The notes under the pieces were generated by a model that worked only from the letters and a program-made list of their open reading frames with translations, was not told the DNA's origin and did not search any database. From Candidatus Kuenenia stuttgartensis (GTDB lineage Bacteria; Planctomycetota; UBA11346), in the NCBI GenBank assembly GCA_945876185.1, contig CAMCMZ010000002.1, positions 92,203 through 156,202 of the forward strand: a DNA stretch of 64,000 nt, given 5' to 3'. Below, in pieces: positions 27,236 through 38,479 of the stretch (the stretch's first letter is position 1; each line of letters opens with the position of its first letter). A program made the translations under genes and the position numbers.

Positions 27236-29521
27236 CTCGCAGGCGGGGCTCTTGCCCAGCCAGTTGACGATGTCCATGGCGCGGGCCTTCGGGGTGACCT
27301 CCAGCGAGACGAGCTTCCCGCCGCGCAGCACGCCTTCCACAATGGTCGGGCCGGGCGCGTGAAGCTTGAAGTCCACATCCCACTCCGCCGGCCACGCCGG
27401 GAACAAGTTCAGTTTCCCCTGCGGCCCCGGTTCCGGCGCGAGCAGCATCTCCTGGAGGCCGGTCAGGCCGCTGCCGCCCCAGTTGTGATCGGGCAGCCAG
27501 TCGTGGCCGGGGCCGAAGAAGGCCGGGAAACGCGCCTGCGGCGCCGTGTTGTTGGCCAGTTTATAGATCGCGCGCTCCTTTGCCTTATCCGGCCAGGCTA
27601 GGGCGGCCATGTTGACCACGTTGGCCATCCACGAATAGTCCTGCTTGCACAGGCGCGCGCGATCGGCCGGCACGGTCTCCCAAGTGTCGCGGGCGAGTTG
27701 AAGGGTCTCCGGCTTCACGATGCCGACCAGCCGGTATGGCCAGCAGGCGAACATTTCTATCGGCTCCCATTTGTTGTACTCACGCGTGAACTTCCGGGCC
27801 GGCAGCAAAGACAGCCGTCCCTGCCGGCGACCGCTCGGAAGGGCCGGCAATTTCCCCTGGAACTCGCGCACCCACGCTCGGGACGCGGCCGGGAACTCCG
27901 GCAATGCCAGCAGCCCGGCGGTGATGCGTGTCAGTCCGGCCACGACCTCGATGGGATCGGTTGCATCGCAGGCGTATTCGAGGCCGTTGCTCGGATAGAT
28001 GACGAACTTGCCGTCGGGTCCGACCTTGTAAAAAGTGGCATAGAACCTCACGGCTCCTTCCATCCACGGCAGGTCGTCTTGCAAGGAGATGCCCAGCGCA
28101 TCGTGCGCCTGCAGCGCCATCCACGCGTGCTCGAGCATCATCGAGAAATGGTAGGTGAGATGGTCCGCGCCGCAGAGACCGTCCGTACGGCTGGCCACAC
28201 AGCAGAGGCCCCAGACATCGAGCGGCTCGGGGTACACGACGCCCTCCGCGCCGTTGGCTTTCGCCCGCGCGGCGGCGGTGGCGGCGCGGTCCCGGTAGAA
28301 CGCGAGCGACGGCGCGAGCAGGTCGGCGTCGCCGTTGGCCAGCGTGGGCCAGCCCAGCCAGCGCTGGTTCTGCGACATGAAGTGGCAACCCATCCACCGC
28401 CGGAAGTCGGGCGTGATCGGCTCACCCTCGGAAATAGGCAGCTCGTTGTTGTTGTTGCCGGTGATGCGGCCGGGCTTGTTGTCGGTGGTGAAGATGCCGC
28501 CGTTGAACAGCAGAGGGAGTTCCCCGCCGCGGTTGCAGGCCAGCATGTAGCGGAAGAGCTGGTAGTTCCGCCCAACGAGCCGGCCGGGATCGTCGGGCGG
28601 CGCAGTTGGGTTGATGAAGACGTGCGAGCGCGACCAGAACTCGCGCCAGCGCTTCACCTCGCCGTCCTTTGCCGTCCGGCGCGCCGCCGGCTCCAGCAGG
28701 GCCTTCGCCTCCGCGCGCCAGGAGGCAGGATCCACGCCGATTCCTGCCCCCAAGCGCATGGCGATCGCGTGGGTGCAGCCGGCTGGGGCCCGCCCGGCCC
28801 AGGCCTTGCCATCCCAGAACTGCCAGCGCACGGACGATTCTGCCGGGACGGACAATCCGCCGGCCACCGCGATCGCCCCGCCGAAGACCCGCTTCGTGGT
28901 GGCGTCGTGCACCGCCTCCGGCGGAATCCCCTGCTTCCGCGCCATGCCGGGCACGTCCGACGGCTTGTCGCTGTTCCGATGATGCCAGACGAAGCCGCCG
29001 GCGTCGGCTTCGACGTGGTCCTTCGTGAAGCACCCTTTCGCGCCCATCATGTCGCAGCAGATGCCGTCGCGATCCCGGTCGCGCCAGGTGCCAAACGCGA
29101 CGTCGATTGCGCCGGACTGGCCAGAGTTGGATTCGAACAGGAGCGTTTCCCCGGCGAACCAGAGCGACGCCGTGAACCCGCCCTGTTGGATGCGGATGCT
29201 CCCGTCGGCAAGATCGAGATCCTGTCGGAATCCGGCATCACCCAGTTTGAGGTTCGCCGGCGTGATGCGGACGCAGCCGAGCTTGAGCAGCCGGCCCTGC
29301 TCGTCGTAGGCGCCGTTGTGCGCGAGGTACAACCAGATCGAGCCGTCCTGCACCCAGACGTTGGCGCCCGCCCCCATGCGCCCCGACAGCGGCATCGAAT
29401 CCAGCGAGTCCAGGGACGGCGAGTCCCAGACGATACGGCACGCGTCGAGGCTGGCGGCCCCGGCGGCGGAGGCGAAGATCAGGCTCGGCGCGGCCTGACA
29501 TTGAATTCGGCTGGATCGCAT
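27209..29521 (-). CDS. DUF5703 / GH95-like (alpha/alpha)6 glycoside hydrolase
   Basis: YQLFRYMLAC, FNGGIFT, QNQRWLGWP, RFPAFFGPGHDWLPDHNWGG, LFPAWPAEWDVDFKLHAP. Confidence 0.8.
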   Translation of the reverse strand: MRSSRIQCQAAPSLIFASAAGAASLDACRIVWDSPSLDSLDSMPLSGRMGAGANVWVQDGSIWLYLAHNGAYDEQGRLLKLGCVRITPANLKLGDAGFRQDLDLADGSIRIQQGGFTASLWFAGETLLFESNSGQSGAIDVAFGTWRDRDRDGICCDMMGAKGCFTKDHVEADAGGFVWHHRNSDKPSDVPGMARKQGIPPEAVHDATTKRVFGGAIAVAGGLSVPAESSVRWQFWDGKAWAGRAPAGCTHAIAMRLGAGIGVDPASWRAEAKALLEPAARRTAKDGEVKRWREFWSRSHVFINPTAPPDDPGRLVGRNYQLFRYMLACNRGGELPLLFNGGIFTTDNKPGRITGNNNNELPISEGEPITPDFRRWMGCHFMSQNQRWLGWPTLANGDADLLAPSLAFYRDRAATAAARAKANGAEGVVYPEPLDVWGLCCVASRTDGLCGADHLTYHFSMMLEHAWMALQAHDALGISLQDDLPWMEGAVRFYATFYKVGPDGKFVIYPSNGLEYACDATDPIEVVAGLTRITAGLLALPEFPAASRAWVREFQGKLPALPSGRRQGRLSLLPARKFTREYNKWEPIEMFACWPYRLVGIVKPETLQLARDTWETVPADRARLCKQDYSWMANVVNMAALAWPDKAKERAIYKLANNTAPQARFPAFFGPGHDWLPDHNWGGSGLTGLQEMLLAPEPGPQGKLNLFPAWPAEWDVDFKLHAPGPTIVEGVLRGGKLVSLEVTPKARAMDIVNWLGKSPACEPISPPPGP

Positions 29522-29614
29522 GGATGCGTCCTCCTAGATGGGATAGTGGCAACTTTTCCAAGACTAATATCTGCCTATTAGACTGCCACGCGTCAAGACC
29601 CGGCTGACGGCGCT

Positions 29615-29840
29615 GATCGGTGCTGGTGCACCAGGCCACGGGCCAGACCCCGGCCCGGTTGCTGGAGCGGCTGCCTTGGAACGCGCTGGCGAATGGCTGC
29701 TGATCGAGGACCTGCCGTTGGCTGACCTCGCCAGGCGCACCGAGTTCTGCGACGCCTTCCACTTCAGCCGCCGGTTCAAGCACTTCGCCGGCTGCCCATC
29801 GCTGGAGTATCGTCAGCGTTTCCGCGGCTGGTGGCGCTGA
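29615..29840 (+). pseudogene. AraC-family HTH remnant
   Basis: VHQATGQTPARLLERL [frameshift near 29675] LERAGEWLLIEDLPLADLARRTEFCDAFHFSRRFKHFAGCPSLEYR*; no N-terminal domain or start. Confidence 0.7.
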
Positions 29841-29892
29841 GGCAGACTTCTCGGCATGCAACTCGATGACCTCCGCCGTCGGTCCAGTCGGT

Positions 29893-30882
29893 TCAGGCCG
29901 GACGTGTCCAGCGTTCGATCCATGGCCCGCTGATGGCACCGGCAGCCTTGGCCGGATCATCGATGTTAAAGCCGCCGAGCTTTTCGCTGCGGTTGTGCCC
30001 GAGGTAGGCGTCCCAATCGATCTTTACCGGGGCTCCTCCAACCCGCATGCGCACTGGCGGTGCGATGGTATCCATGCCGGTGGGCTGATCCGGGCGCTGC
30101 CAACGCAGGTCGACGCTCCAGCGGATGCGATCGCTGAAGTTCTCGGTCGACCGATGCGGCACCAATTGGTCAAGCAGCAGCACCGAACCGAACGGGACCG
30201 GCACGGTCACGCGTTCACCGGCGGGCAGGTCGCTCTCAAGAATCTGCAAATACCAGGAATTGCGCGGTCCCTGATCGCGATGCAGACGGTGGGGCAGAAC
30301 ACCTGACTTGTTGCCACCCCGGACGAACTGCAGGGTGCCTTCGCGTTCACCGGCATTGAGAAACGGGATCCAGGCCGCCGGCTGGAAGGTGGTCTCGCTG
30401 CCCGGGGCGAGATAGGCGGTGTCCTGATGCCAGGGCACGGTCGCCAGGGGATTGTCCGGGGTCTTGGTGCGGATGTTCCAGACCGGATGGCCCGCGATGT
30501 CGGGACCGAGCAGTTGGCCGATAAGGTCGAGCAGGCGCGGGTGCGACCACAACGCGGCCAGGGCTGGTTCGAGCACGCCGGCGGTGTGCAGCATCACGCT
30601 GGCGCCCGGGCATTCGCGCTCGATCAGGGTCAGCCGCTGGTAGAACCCGGCCTCGGCATGGAGGTTGGCCAGGCGTCCGCATTGACTGAGGTCGCGCGCT
30701 AGACGATCCACCTTGCCGGCGATCTCGTTGATCACCGGTTGCAGGTCGGCGGCGGTGAAGACGTCGGGCACCAGCAAGAAGCCATCGGCGCGGAAGCGCG
30801 CTATTTGCTCTGCCGTGAGCTGGGCCGTGAGCTGGGCCGTGAGCTGAGCAGAGGTCTGGGCAGCAGGTCGCGTGGCGGACAT
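29893..30882 (-). CDS. Phytanoyl-CoA dioxygenase family Fe(II)/2OG oxygenase
   Basis: FRADGFLLVPDV, VPWHQD, HRSTEN.SDRIRWSVDLR. Confidence 0.85.
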   Translation of the reverse strand: MSATRPAAQTSAQLTAQLTAQLTAEQIARFRADGFLLVPDVFTAADLQPVINEIAGKVDRLARDLSQCGRLANLHAEAGFYQRLTLIERECPGASVMLHTAGVLEPALAALWSHPRLLDLIGQLLGPDIAGHPVWNIRTKTPDNPLATVPWHQDTAYLAPGSETTFQPAAWIPFLNAGEREGTLQFVRGGNKSGVLPHRLHRDQGPRNSWYLQILESDLPAGERVTVPVPFGSVLLLDQLVPHRSTENFSDRIRWSVDLRWQRPDQPTGMDTIAPPVRMRVGGAPVKIDWDAYLGHNRSEKLGGFNIDDPAKAAGAISGPWIERWTRPA

Positions 30883-30984
30883 GGCGGAATCTCCAGGCCA
30901 TAGAAGGTAACCCTGGCCGGATACGGTCGATGGTCGGTTCTCACCAAGTACTGGTCGCGGCCCACCATCCGGCTATGGTCCGGC

Positions 30985-31797
30985 ATGGCATCCTTGCCGA
31001 TTCCGCTGCGTTGCCGCCCTGAGATCTCACAGATCGGTTCCAACCTGCACGGCCGCCGCCGCCGCGAACGCTTCCGGTTCGACCACCAGTGGGGCGTCCA
31101 TGCCTATGCCTATGCCGGGACGGTGGTGGTCGCCGGTCAGCCCATCGCCTTCGAAGCTGGCGACCTCACCGTCACTCCACCCGGCACCGATCTGGAGTGG
31201 ATCTTTCCACCCCAGGCGCCGCATCACTATGCGCTGCTTCGTTTTCCCGGCGCAGCCTCGGTGGACCTGATCACCATGCCGATGTGGCATCGCCCCAGCG
31301 GGCCACTCGCTGATCTCATCGCCACCGGATTCCCGCGCATGGTGGCCCTCGCCACCAGCGAACCGGTGCGCGCCACGATCTGGCTGTGGGAGCTGCTCTG
31401 GAGCCTAGCCCCGGTTCGCGCCGCTATCGCGGTCCGCCCCACCTGCGTCGTGCCCCGGCTGCCCCACCTGCGTTCGGACCGCGTCCACCCCGTAGTGCAG
31501 ACCGCGCTCGCGATCATCGAAAATGAACTGTCCCTACGACCGTCGCTGTCCGGCCTGGCGCACCGCCTAGGCGTGTCGCCCAACCACCTCCTACGATTGT
31601 TCCGCGCCCACACCGGCAGCAGCGTGATGGCCTGGGTGCGTACGCGCCGGGCCGCCAAGGCGCGCCAACTCATCGAAGGAGGATCGCTGCCCCTGGCGGC
31701 CATCGCCCGAACGGTCGGGGCCAGCGACCTGCAACGTCTCAACAAGCTCGTCCGCGCCGCGCATGGGGTGTCGCCACGGGCGCTACGCGGGGGGTGA
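30985..31797 (+). CDS. AraC-family transcriptional regulator
   Basis: Cupin-like N-terminus; LAHRLGVSPNHLLRLFR...GVSPRALR; divergent from the PhyH gene. Confidence 0.85.
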   Translation: MASLPIPLRCRPEISQIGSNLHGRRRRERFRFDHQWGVHAYAYAGTVVVAGQPIAFEAGDLTVTPPGTDLEWIFPPQAPHHYALLRFPGAASVDLITMPMWHRPSGPLADLIATGFPRMVALATSEPVRATIWLWELLWSLAPVRAAIAVRPTCVVPRLPHLRSDRVHPVVQTALAIIENELSLRPSLSGLAHRLGVSPNHLLRLFRAHTGSSVMAWVRTRRAAKARQLIEGGSLPLAAIARTVGASDLQRLNKLVRAAHGVSPRALRGG

Positions 31798-31893
31798 TTG
31801 CGGAATTGCTGGAAACGGATCCGGCTCTCCTTGCCCACCCAGCGTTTCTGAGCAGTCTGCTACGCGACGCCGCCGAACCGGAACCAGCCGCCC

Positions 31894-32286
31894 ATGAACG
31901 ATTCTCCCCGACCTGGAATCTGGGCCAAGATCCTCTCCTGGACCACCTGCATCCTGGCACTGGTGATCTCTGCCTGGGGAGTCTATCAACTCACGTTCGC
32001 CTTGCCGAAACTCGAAAGGATTTTCGAGGATCTCAGCATCAAGGAAATGCCAAGGATTACTGTCTTTTTCCTCTCTTTTTACCATTCGGGCGGAGCGTAC
32101 ATCTTGATGCTTATCTCGCTCGTGGTCTTGGCTCTGGAGTTATTCTTCTCTGGAAAACCATGGAAGATCGGGGTAAATGGCCTGTGGGCCTGTTTTTCCT
32201 TCTTTTTTCTCTGGTTAGGGTTCATCGCCATGATGCAGCCATTGATCGGCATCGTGAATGAATTGAGCCTCCAATCTGCGAACTGA
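31894..32286 (+). CDS. Hypothetical membrane protein (low GC)
   Basis: Three hydrophobic segments; LPKLERIFEDL..MP.IT resembles a PilC/GspF fragment. Confidence 0.55.
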   Translation: MNDSPRPGIWAKILSWTTCILALVISAWGVYQLTFALPKLERIFEDLSIKEMPRITVFFLSFYHSGGAYILMLISLVVLALELFFSGKPWKIGVNGLWACFSFFFLWLGFIAMMQPLIGIVNELSLQSAN

Positions 32287-32303
32287 ATCCGAAAAAATCC
32301 CTA

Positions 32304-33296
32304 TCACCCCACCCCGCACGCCCGATCGATCTCTTTCAACTCTTCAGCGGTGAACGCGAGATTGGCGACCGCGTCCAGGTTCTCATCGAGTTGCGCGACG
32401 GTGCTGGCGCCAATGAGCACCGAGGTCACGCGCGGGTCCTTGAGCAGCCAGGCGATGGACAGCTGGGCCAGGGTCTGGCCGCGCTTGGCGGCGATCGGTT
32501 CGAGGCGGCGCGCGGCTTCGATCTTGGCGGCGTTCTTTTCCAAGGCTTCGCGGGTCAAACCGCCGTTGCCCTGGTTCTGCACCGCGCGCGAATCCGGCGG
32601 CAGGCCGTTGCGGTATCGGCCGGCGAGGATGCCCTGTTCGAGCGGCGAGAACGCGATGACGCCGACGCCGCGCACTCCGGTGGTCGGCAGCACCTCGCGC
32701 TCGGCCCGGCGGTCGAGCAGGCTGTAGCGCGGCTGATGGATGGTGATCGGCGCGAAACCACGGTGCTGGACGATGTCCAGGGCGCGGGTCAGGCGCGGGT
32801 CGGGATAATTCGACAACCCGGCGTAGAGCGCCTTGCCCTGGCGCACCAGATGGTCGAGCGCGCCGAGGGTTTCTTCCAGATCAGTCTCGGGATCGGGGCG
32901 GTGTGAATAGAAGAGGTCAACCTGGTCGAGTCCCAGGCGCTTGAGCGACTGCTCGCACGATTGGATGAGGTATTTGCGCCCGCCGCCATCACCGTACGGC
33001 CCCGGCCACATGCGGTGGCCGGCCTTGGTCGAGACGACGATCTGCTCGCGCGGCAGGTCCTTCAGGATGCGGCCGAACAGGCTTTCGCTCGCGCCGGCCG
33101 GGGTGCCGTAGTTGTTCGCCAGGTCAAAATGCGTGACCCCGCGCGCGAAGGCGCGCAGGATGATGTCCCGCGCGACGGATTCGTCGCGGTAGCTGCCCAT
33201 GCCTTGCCACAGGCCGAGGCTGATCGCGGGAAGAAGAAGCCCCGAGCTGCCGCAGCGGCGGTAGGGCATGACGACGGATCCGGTGGCGGTGGTCAT
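32304..33296 (-). CDS. Aldo/keto reductase (YghZ/MgrA type)
   Basis: YRRCGSSGLLLPAISLGLW, THFDLANNYG, STKAG.RMWPGPYG, IHQPRYS, SVLIGAS. Confidence 0.9.
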   Translation of the reverse strand: MTTATGSVVMPYRRCGSSGLLLPAISLGLWQGMGSYRDESVARDIILRAFARGVTHFDLANNYGTPAGASESLFGRILKDLPREQIVVSTKAGHRMWPGPYGDGGGRKYLIQSCEQSLKRLGLDQVDLFYSHRPDPETDLEETLGALDHLVRQGKALYAGLSNYPDPRLTRALDIVQHRGFAPITIHQPRYSLLDRRAEREVLPTTGVRGVGVIAFSPLEQGILAGRYRNGLPPDSRAVQNQGNGGLTREALEKNAAKIEAARRLEPIAAKRGQTLAQLSIAWLLKDPRVTSVLIGASTVAQLDENLDAVANLAFTAEELKEIDRACGVG

Positions 33297-33742
33297 GGTG
33301 AAGGCTCCGCTTCGGATGGTGGGCGGGTGGGCAGAGCGCGCCATGACCCGGCTCGGCCGCGCGGCGGCGGCGGCAGCGGGCCCGTGCCGGGCGGACCTGA
33401 ATCTCGGGTGGCGGCGTGCTGCGCATGTTCTGGAATTTGGCCATTTGTACGGGGTGGGCCGGCGATCCAGCCAAGGCTGATCACGATTTCACTGCAATTC
33501 CAAGGTCATTCCGGCCTTGGCCGGATCGCCACATGGCCAACGGCCGGTTGCAAACCGGCGGTCCCAGGCGCAAGCGTTTAATCAGCATTTCCGTGACATT
33601 GGGACTGCATGGCCAATCCCCAGGACGTGCTGCGCACGCACGCTCCCAGGCGGACGAGACGTCCACGATCCCAGGTTTTCAGCACTCGGGTCCGGGCGGA
33701 GGATTGATCGTTCGCAGACCGGGGTACAAGCCGATCATCGTG

Positions 33743-34405
33743 ATGAAAACCACCATTTCCCGCCTCGCTGTGTTCGATCTGGATGGGACCCTGGTCGACA
33801 GCCGCCACGACCTGGCGGCGGCGGCCAACGCGGCACGCGCGGCCCTGGGTCTGCCAATGTGGCCGGTGGAATCCGTGGTGCGCTGCATCGGCGAAGGGGC
33901 GCAGAACCTGATCAAGGGGGTGACGCCGGAAGCCACGCCGGAACAGCGCGACGTCGCCATGGCGGCCTTCAAGGCCCACTACGCGGCGCACTGCTGCGAC
34001 GCTACGCCGGTCTACGACGGAGTGGTGGAGCTCATCGACCAGCTGACTGCGGTGGGTTGGCGGCTCGCGGTGCTAACCAACAAGCCGGATGGGTTCTCGC
34101 GCACGATCCTCGCGCATCATGGTCTGGCGCAGCGTTTCCTGGCCATCACCGGCGGCGACCGCTTTCGCAAACCAGATCCGCGTGGGCTCAATGAGCTGAT
34201 CACAGCGGCGGAAACCACGCCGGCGCAGGCCTGGATGATCGGCGACCACCACACCGACATCCAGGTGGGTCGCGCCGCCGGTTGCCGCACCCTGTTCGCC
34301 GCGTGGGGTTTCGGGCGGCTGGAAGGTCAGGTGCCGCACGCCACCGCCACCGATCCAACTGCGGCCGGCAACGTACTGCTGGACGGGCCATGGCCGGCGA
34401 TCTGA
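33743..34405 (+). CDS. gph: HAD-family phosphatase (phosphoglycolate phosphatase-like)
   Basis: FDLDGTLVDS, LTNKP, KPDP, MIGD..TD. Confidence 0.8.
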   Translation: MKTTISRLAVFDLDGTLVDSRHDLAAAANAARAALGLPMWPVESVVRCIGEGAQNLIKGVTPEATPEQRDVAMAAFKAHYAAHCCDATPVYDGVVELIDQLTAVGWRLAVLTNKPDGFSRTILAHHGLAQRFLAITGGDRFRKPDPRGLNELITAAETTPAQAWMIGDHHTDIQVGRAAGCRTLFAAWGFGRLEGQVPHATATDPTAAGNVLLDGPWPAI

Positions 34406-35115
34406 GACCCAGACCAAATCAACGCGACCGGCTGATCCTCGATGCGGATGGCAGTCCGGTGACGCCGGAGCTGATCCTCACCGCCTACCGCCAGCGCTGC
34501 TTCCCGATGGCCGACAGCCGCCGGGGCAGGATCCGCTGGTACCGGCCGACGCTGCGCGCGGTGATCACCTGGGACCGCTTCAAGGTGCCGGAAAGCCTGG
34601 CGAAAACCATGCGCCGGCATCCGTACCGTTACACCTGCGACGCCGCCTTCGCGGCCGTGATCGCAGCCTGCGCCGAGCGCAGCAGCACCTGGATCAGCGG
34701 CGACATCGAACGGCTGTACGTCGCCCTGCACGAGCGCGGCCTCGCGCATTCGGTCGAGGCGTGGGACTCCGCCGGAGCGCTCGTCGGCGGCCTGTATGGC
34801 CTGACGATCGGCGCCTGCTTCTGCGGCGAGAGCATGTTCCACCGCGCCGACGACGCCGCCAAGATCGCCGTCGTGCTGCTGGTCGAACGCTTGCGGAAAC
34901 AAGGCTTCCGCGTGCTCGACTGCCAGCAGCAGACGCCGCACATGGAGCGCTTCGGCGCGCACGAGATCACCGATGACGCCTATGCCGCGCTGCTGGGCGA
35001 CGGCGACGAGGCGCTTCCGTTCGGTCCGACCGGGGAATGGGATTCGGGACCGAGCGTCATCCGGGAAGAAAGGCAAGGAATGGCCACAGAGAGCACAAAA
35101 GACACAAAAAATTAA
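34390..35115 (+). CDS. aat: Leucyl/phenylalanyl-tRNA--protein transferase
   Basis: LTAYRQRCFPMA, AHSVEAW, LVGGLYG, FCGESMFH, LDCQQQTPHM.RFGA. Confidence 0.9.
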   Translation: MAGDLRPRPNQRDRLILDADGSPVTPELILTAYRQRCFPMADSRRGRIRWYRPTLRAVITWDRFKVPESLAKTMRRHPYRYTCDAAFAAVIAACAERSSTWISGDIERLYVALHERGLAHSVEAWDSAGALVGGLYGLTIGACFCGESMFHRADDAAKIAVVLLVERLRKQGFRVLDCQQQTPHMERFGAHEITDDAYAALLGDGDEALPFGPTGEWDSGPSVIREERQGMATESTKDTKN

Positions 35116-35157
35116 GGCAATTTCTTCTCTGTGATCCTTGTGCTCTTTGTGGCCATT
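35079..35157. repeat. REP-like inverted repeat pair (GCCACAAAGAGCACAAAG family), copy 2
   Basis: aatggccacagagagcacaaaagacaca ... tgtgatccttgtgctctttgtggccatt between convergent aat and tetR. Confidence 0.8.
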
Positions 35158-35164
35158 TCTTGGT

Positions 35165-35839
35165 TCAGACCTGCGGTGGCGCCACCGGCTTGTGCTCGCC
35201 GCGCATCCCGGCAGCGATGAATTCGACCAGGCGCTTGGTGATCGCGTCGGGATCGCTGACGTCGCAGGCGCCCTTCGAAACCAGTTCCAGGCGATGGGTC
35301 TGGGCCAGGGTGTAGGCCATCGCGCCGCCGGCGAAATGGACGCGCCAGAACAGTTCCTCGTCGCTGAGTTCGGGCAGGACGCGGCGCAGCGCCTGGGTGA
35401 AGCGGGCCAGCACCGGTTCCAGTTCTTCCTTGAAGAGCGGGGTCAGGTACGAGCCGGGTTCGTACAGGGCGCGGCCGAGCAGCCGCATGAATCGCTCGCC
35501 ACCGTTCGCCTGGTCGTGGACGAGGCGGATCACCGGCGCGACGTAGCAGGTCAGGATGTCGGTCGCGGTCGGCGGCTGGCCACCCTGGCGCTGCTCCAAC
35601 TCGTCGAGCAGACGCAGGCGCTCGGCGTTGACCGGCCGCAGCCGACGCGCGTAGACCTGGACGATCAGCTCTTCTTTGGAGCCGAAGTGGTAGTTCACCG
35701 CCGCCAGGTTGGCCTTGGCCAGGGTGGTGACCTGGCGCATCGAGGCGGCCTCAATCCCGAAGTCAGCGAGGAGCTGTTCGGCGGCGTCGAGGATGCGCGT
35801 CTGGGTATCGGCGGAGCGGGCAAGGATGCGTTGTCTCAT
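35165..35839 (-). CDS. TetR/AcrR-family regulator
   Basis: TQTRILDAAEQL...ANLAAVNYHFGSKEEL. Confidence 0.9.
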   Translation of the reverse strand: MRQRILARSADTQTRILDAAEQLLADFGIEAASMRQVTTLAKANLAAVNYHFGSKEELIVQVYARRLRPVNAERLRLLDELEQRQGGQPPTATDILTCYVAPVIRLVHDQANGGERFMRLLGRALYEPGSYLTPLFKEELEPVLARFTQALRRVLPELSDEELFWRVHFAGGAMAYTLAQTHRLELVSKGACDVSDPDAITKRLVEFIAAGMRGEHKPVAPPQV

Positions 35840-35976
35840 ACGTTCGTTTCAAAATAATACCTGGAACAGAGAGCGCAAGCCTGTGCTGAACCACAGGGAA
35901 AAAATCGCTTAACAAACGGTGGCAGGAAACCGGCGGAGCATTTCAGGCGCCAATCGCGCGCCATACGTCGCCTGGT

Positions 35977-38070
<2,094 letters not shown>

Positions 38071-38123
38071 GGCGGTTCCTTGGGTTTTTCTACAGTATTC
38101 CGGCAACGAACGCCGGCCGCCGA

Positions 38124-38333
38124 TCAGAGCGTGATCGCGCCGGTCTCGGCGAGCAGGGTCAGCACCAGCGCCCGCGCGCGGTCGCGCGAGATCCAATGCC
38201 GGCACTGGATCTTGGCGCTGAGCAGATCGACGCGGCCCTGGCTGTCGGCGATATCGGCCGGGGTCAGGCGCGGGCAGCGCGCCCGCACCAGGGGCACGAG
38301 GAGGTTCCAGGCAGGTTCAGGGACGACGTTCAT
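38124..38333 (-). CDS. Small CsbD/YjbJ-like protein
   Basis: W..L...VR...PRLT.ADI....GRVDLL.AKIQ.R......A pattern. Confidence 0.5.
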   Translation of the reverse strand: MNVVPEPAWNLLVPLVRARCPRLTPADIADSQGRVDLLSAKIQCRHWISRDRARALVLTLLAETGAITL

Positions 38334-38479
38334 GGGCGGGGACGCTACCGGGGCAGCCACCGGGGCAAACGATAGTCGGCGGTGCTGACGTTGGCGTTTG
38401 CCCTTGCTGACACCGGCTTTCGCCGGTTTCGGGCAACTCCGCCCTTCCGGATTCCTTGGCCCTGAGCTACCATGAATCC

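Noticed and set aside
33543-33567. Single hairpin gccggttgcaaaccggc followed by ggtccca
   Set aside because: It resembles a lone REP but has no partner or second copy in the window.
38391-38408. Sigma-54-like promoter ttggcgtttgcccttgct
   Set aside because: GG-GC spacing is 11 nt rather than the required 10.
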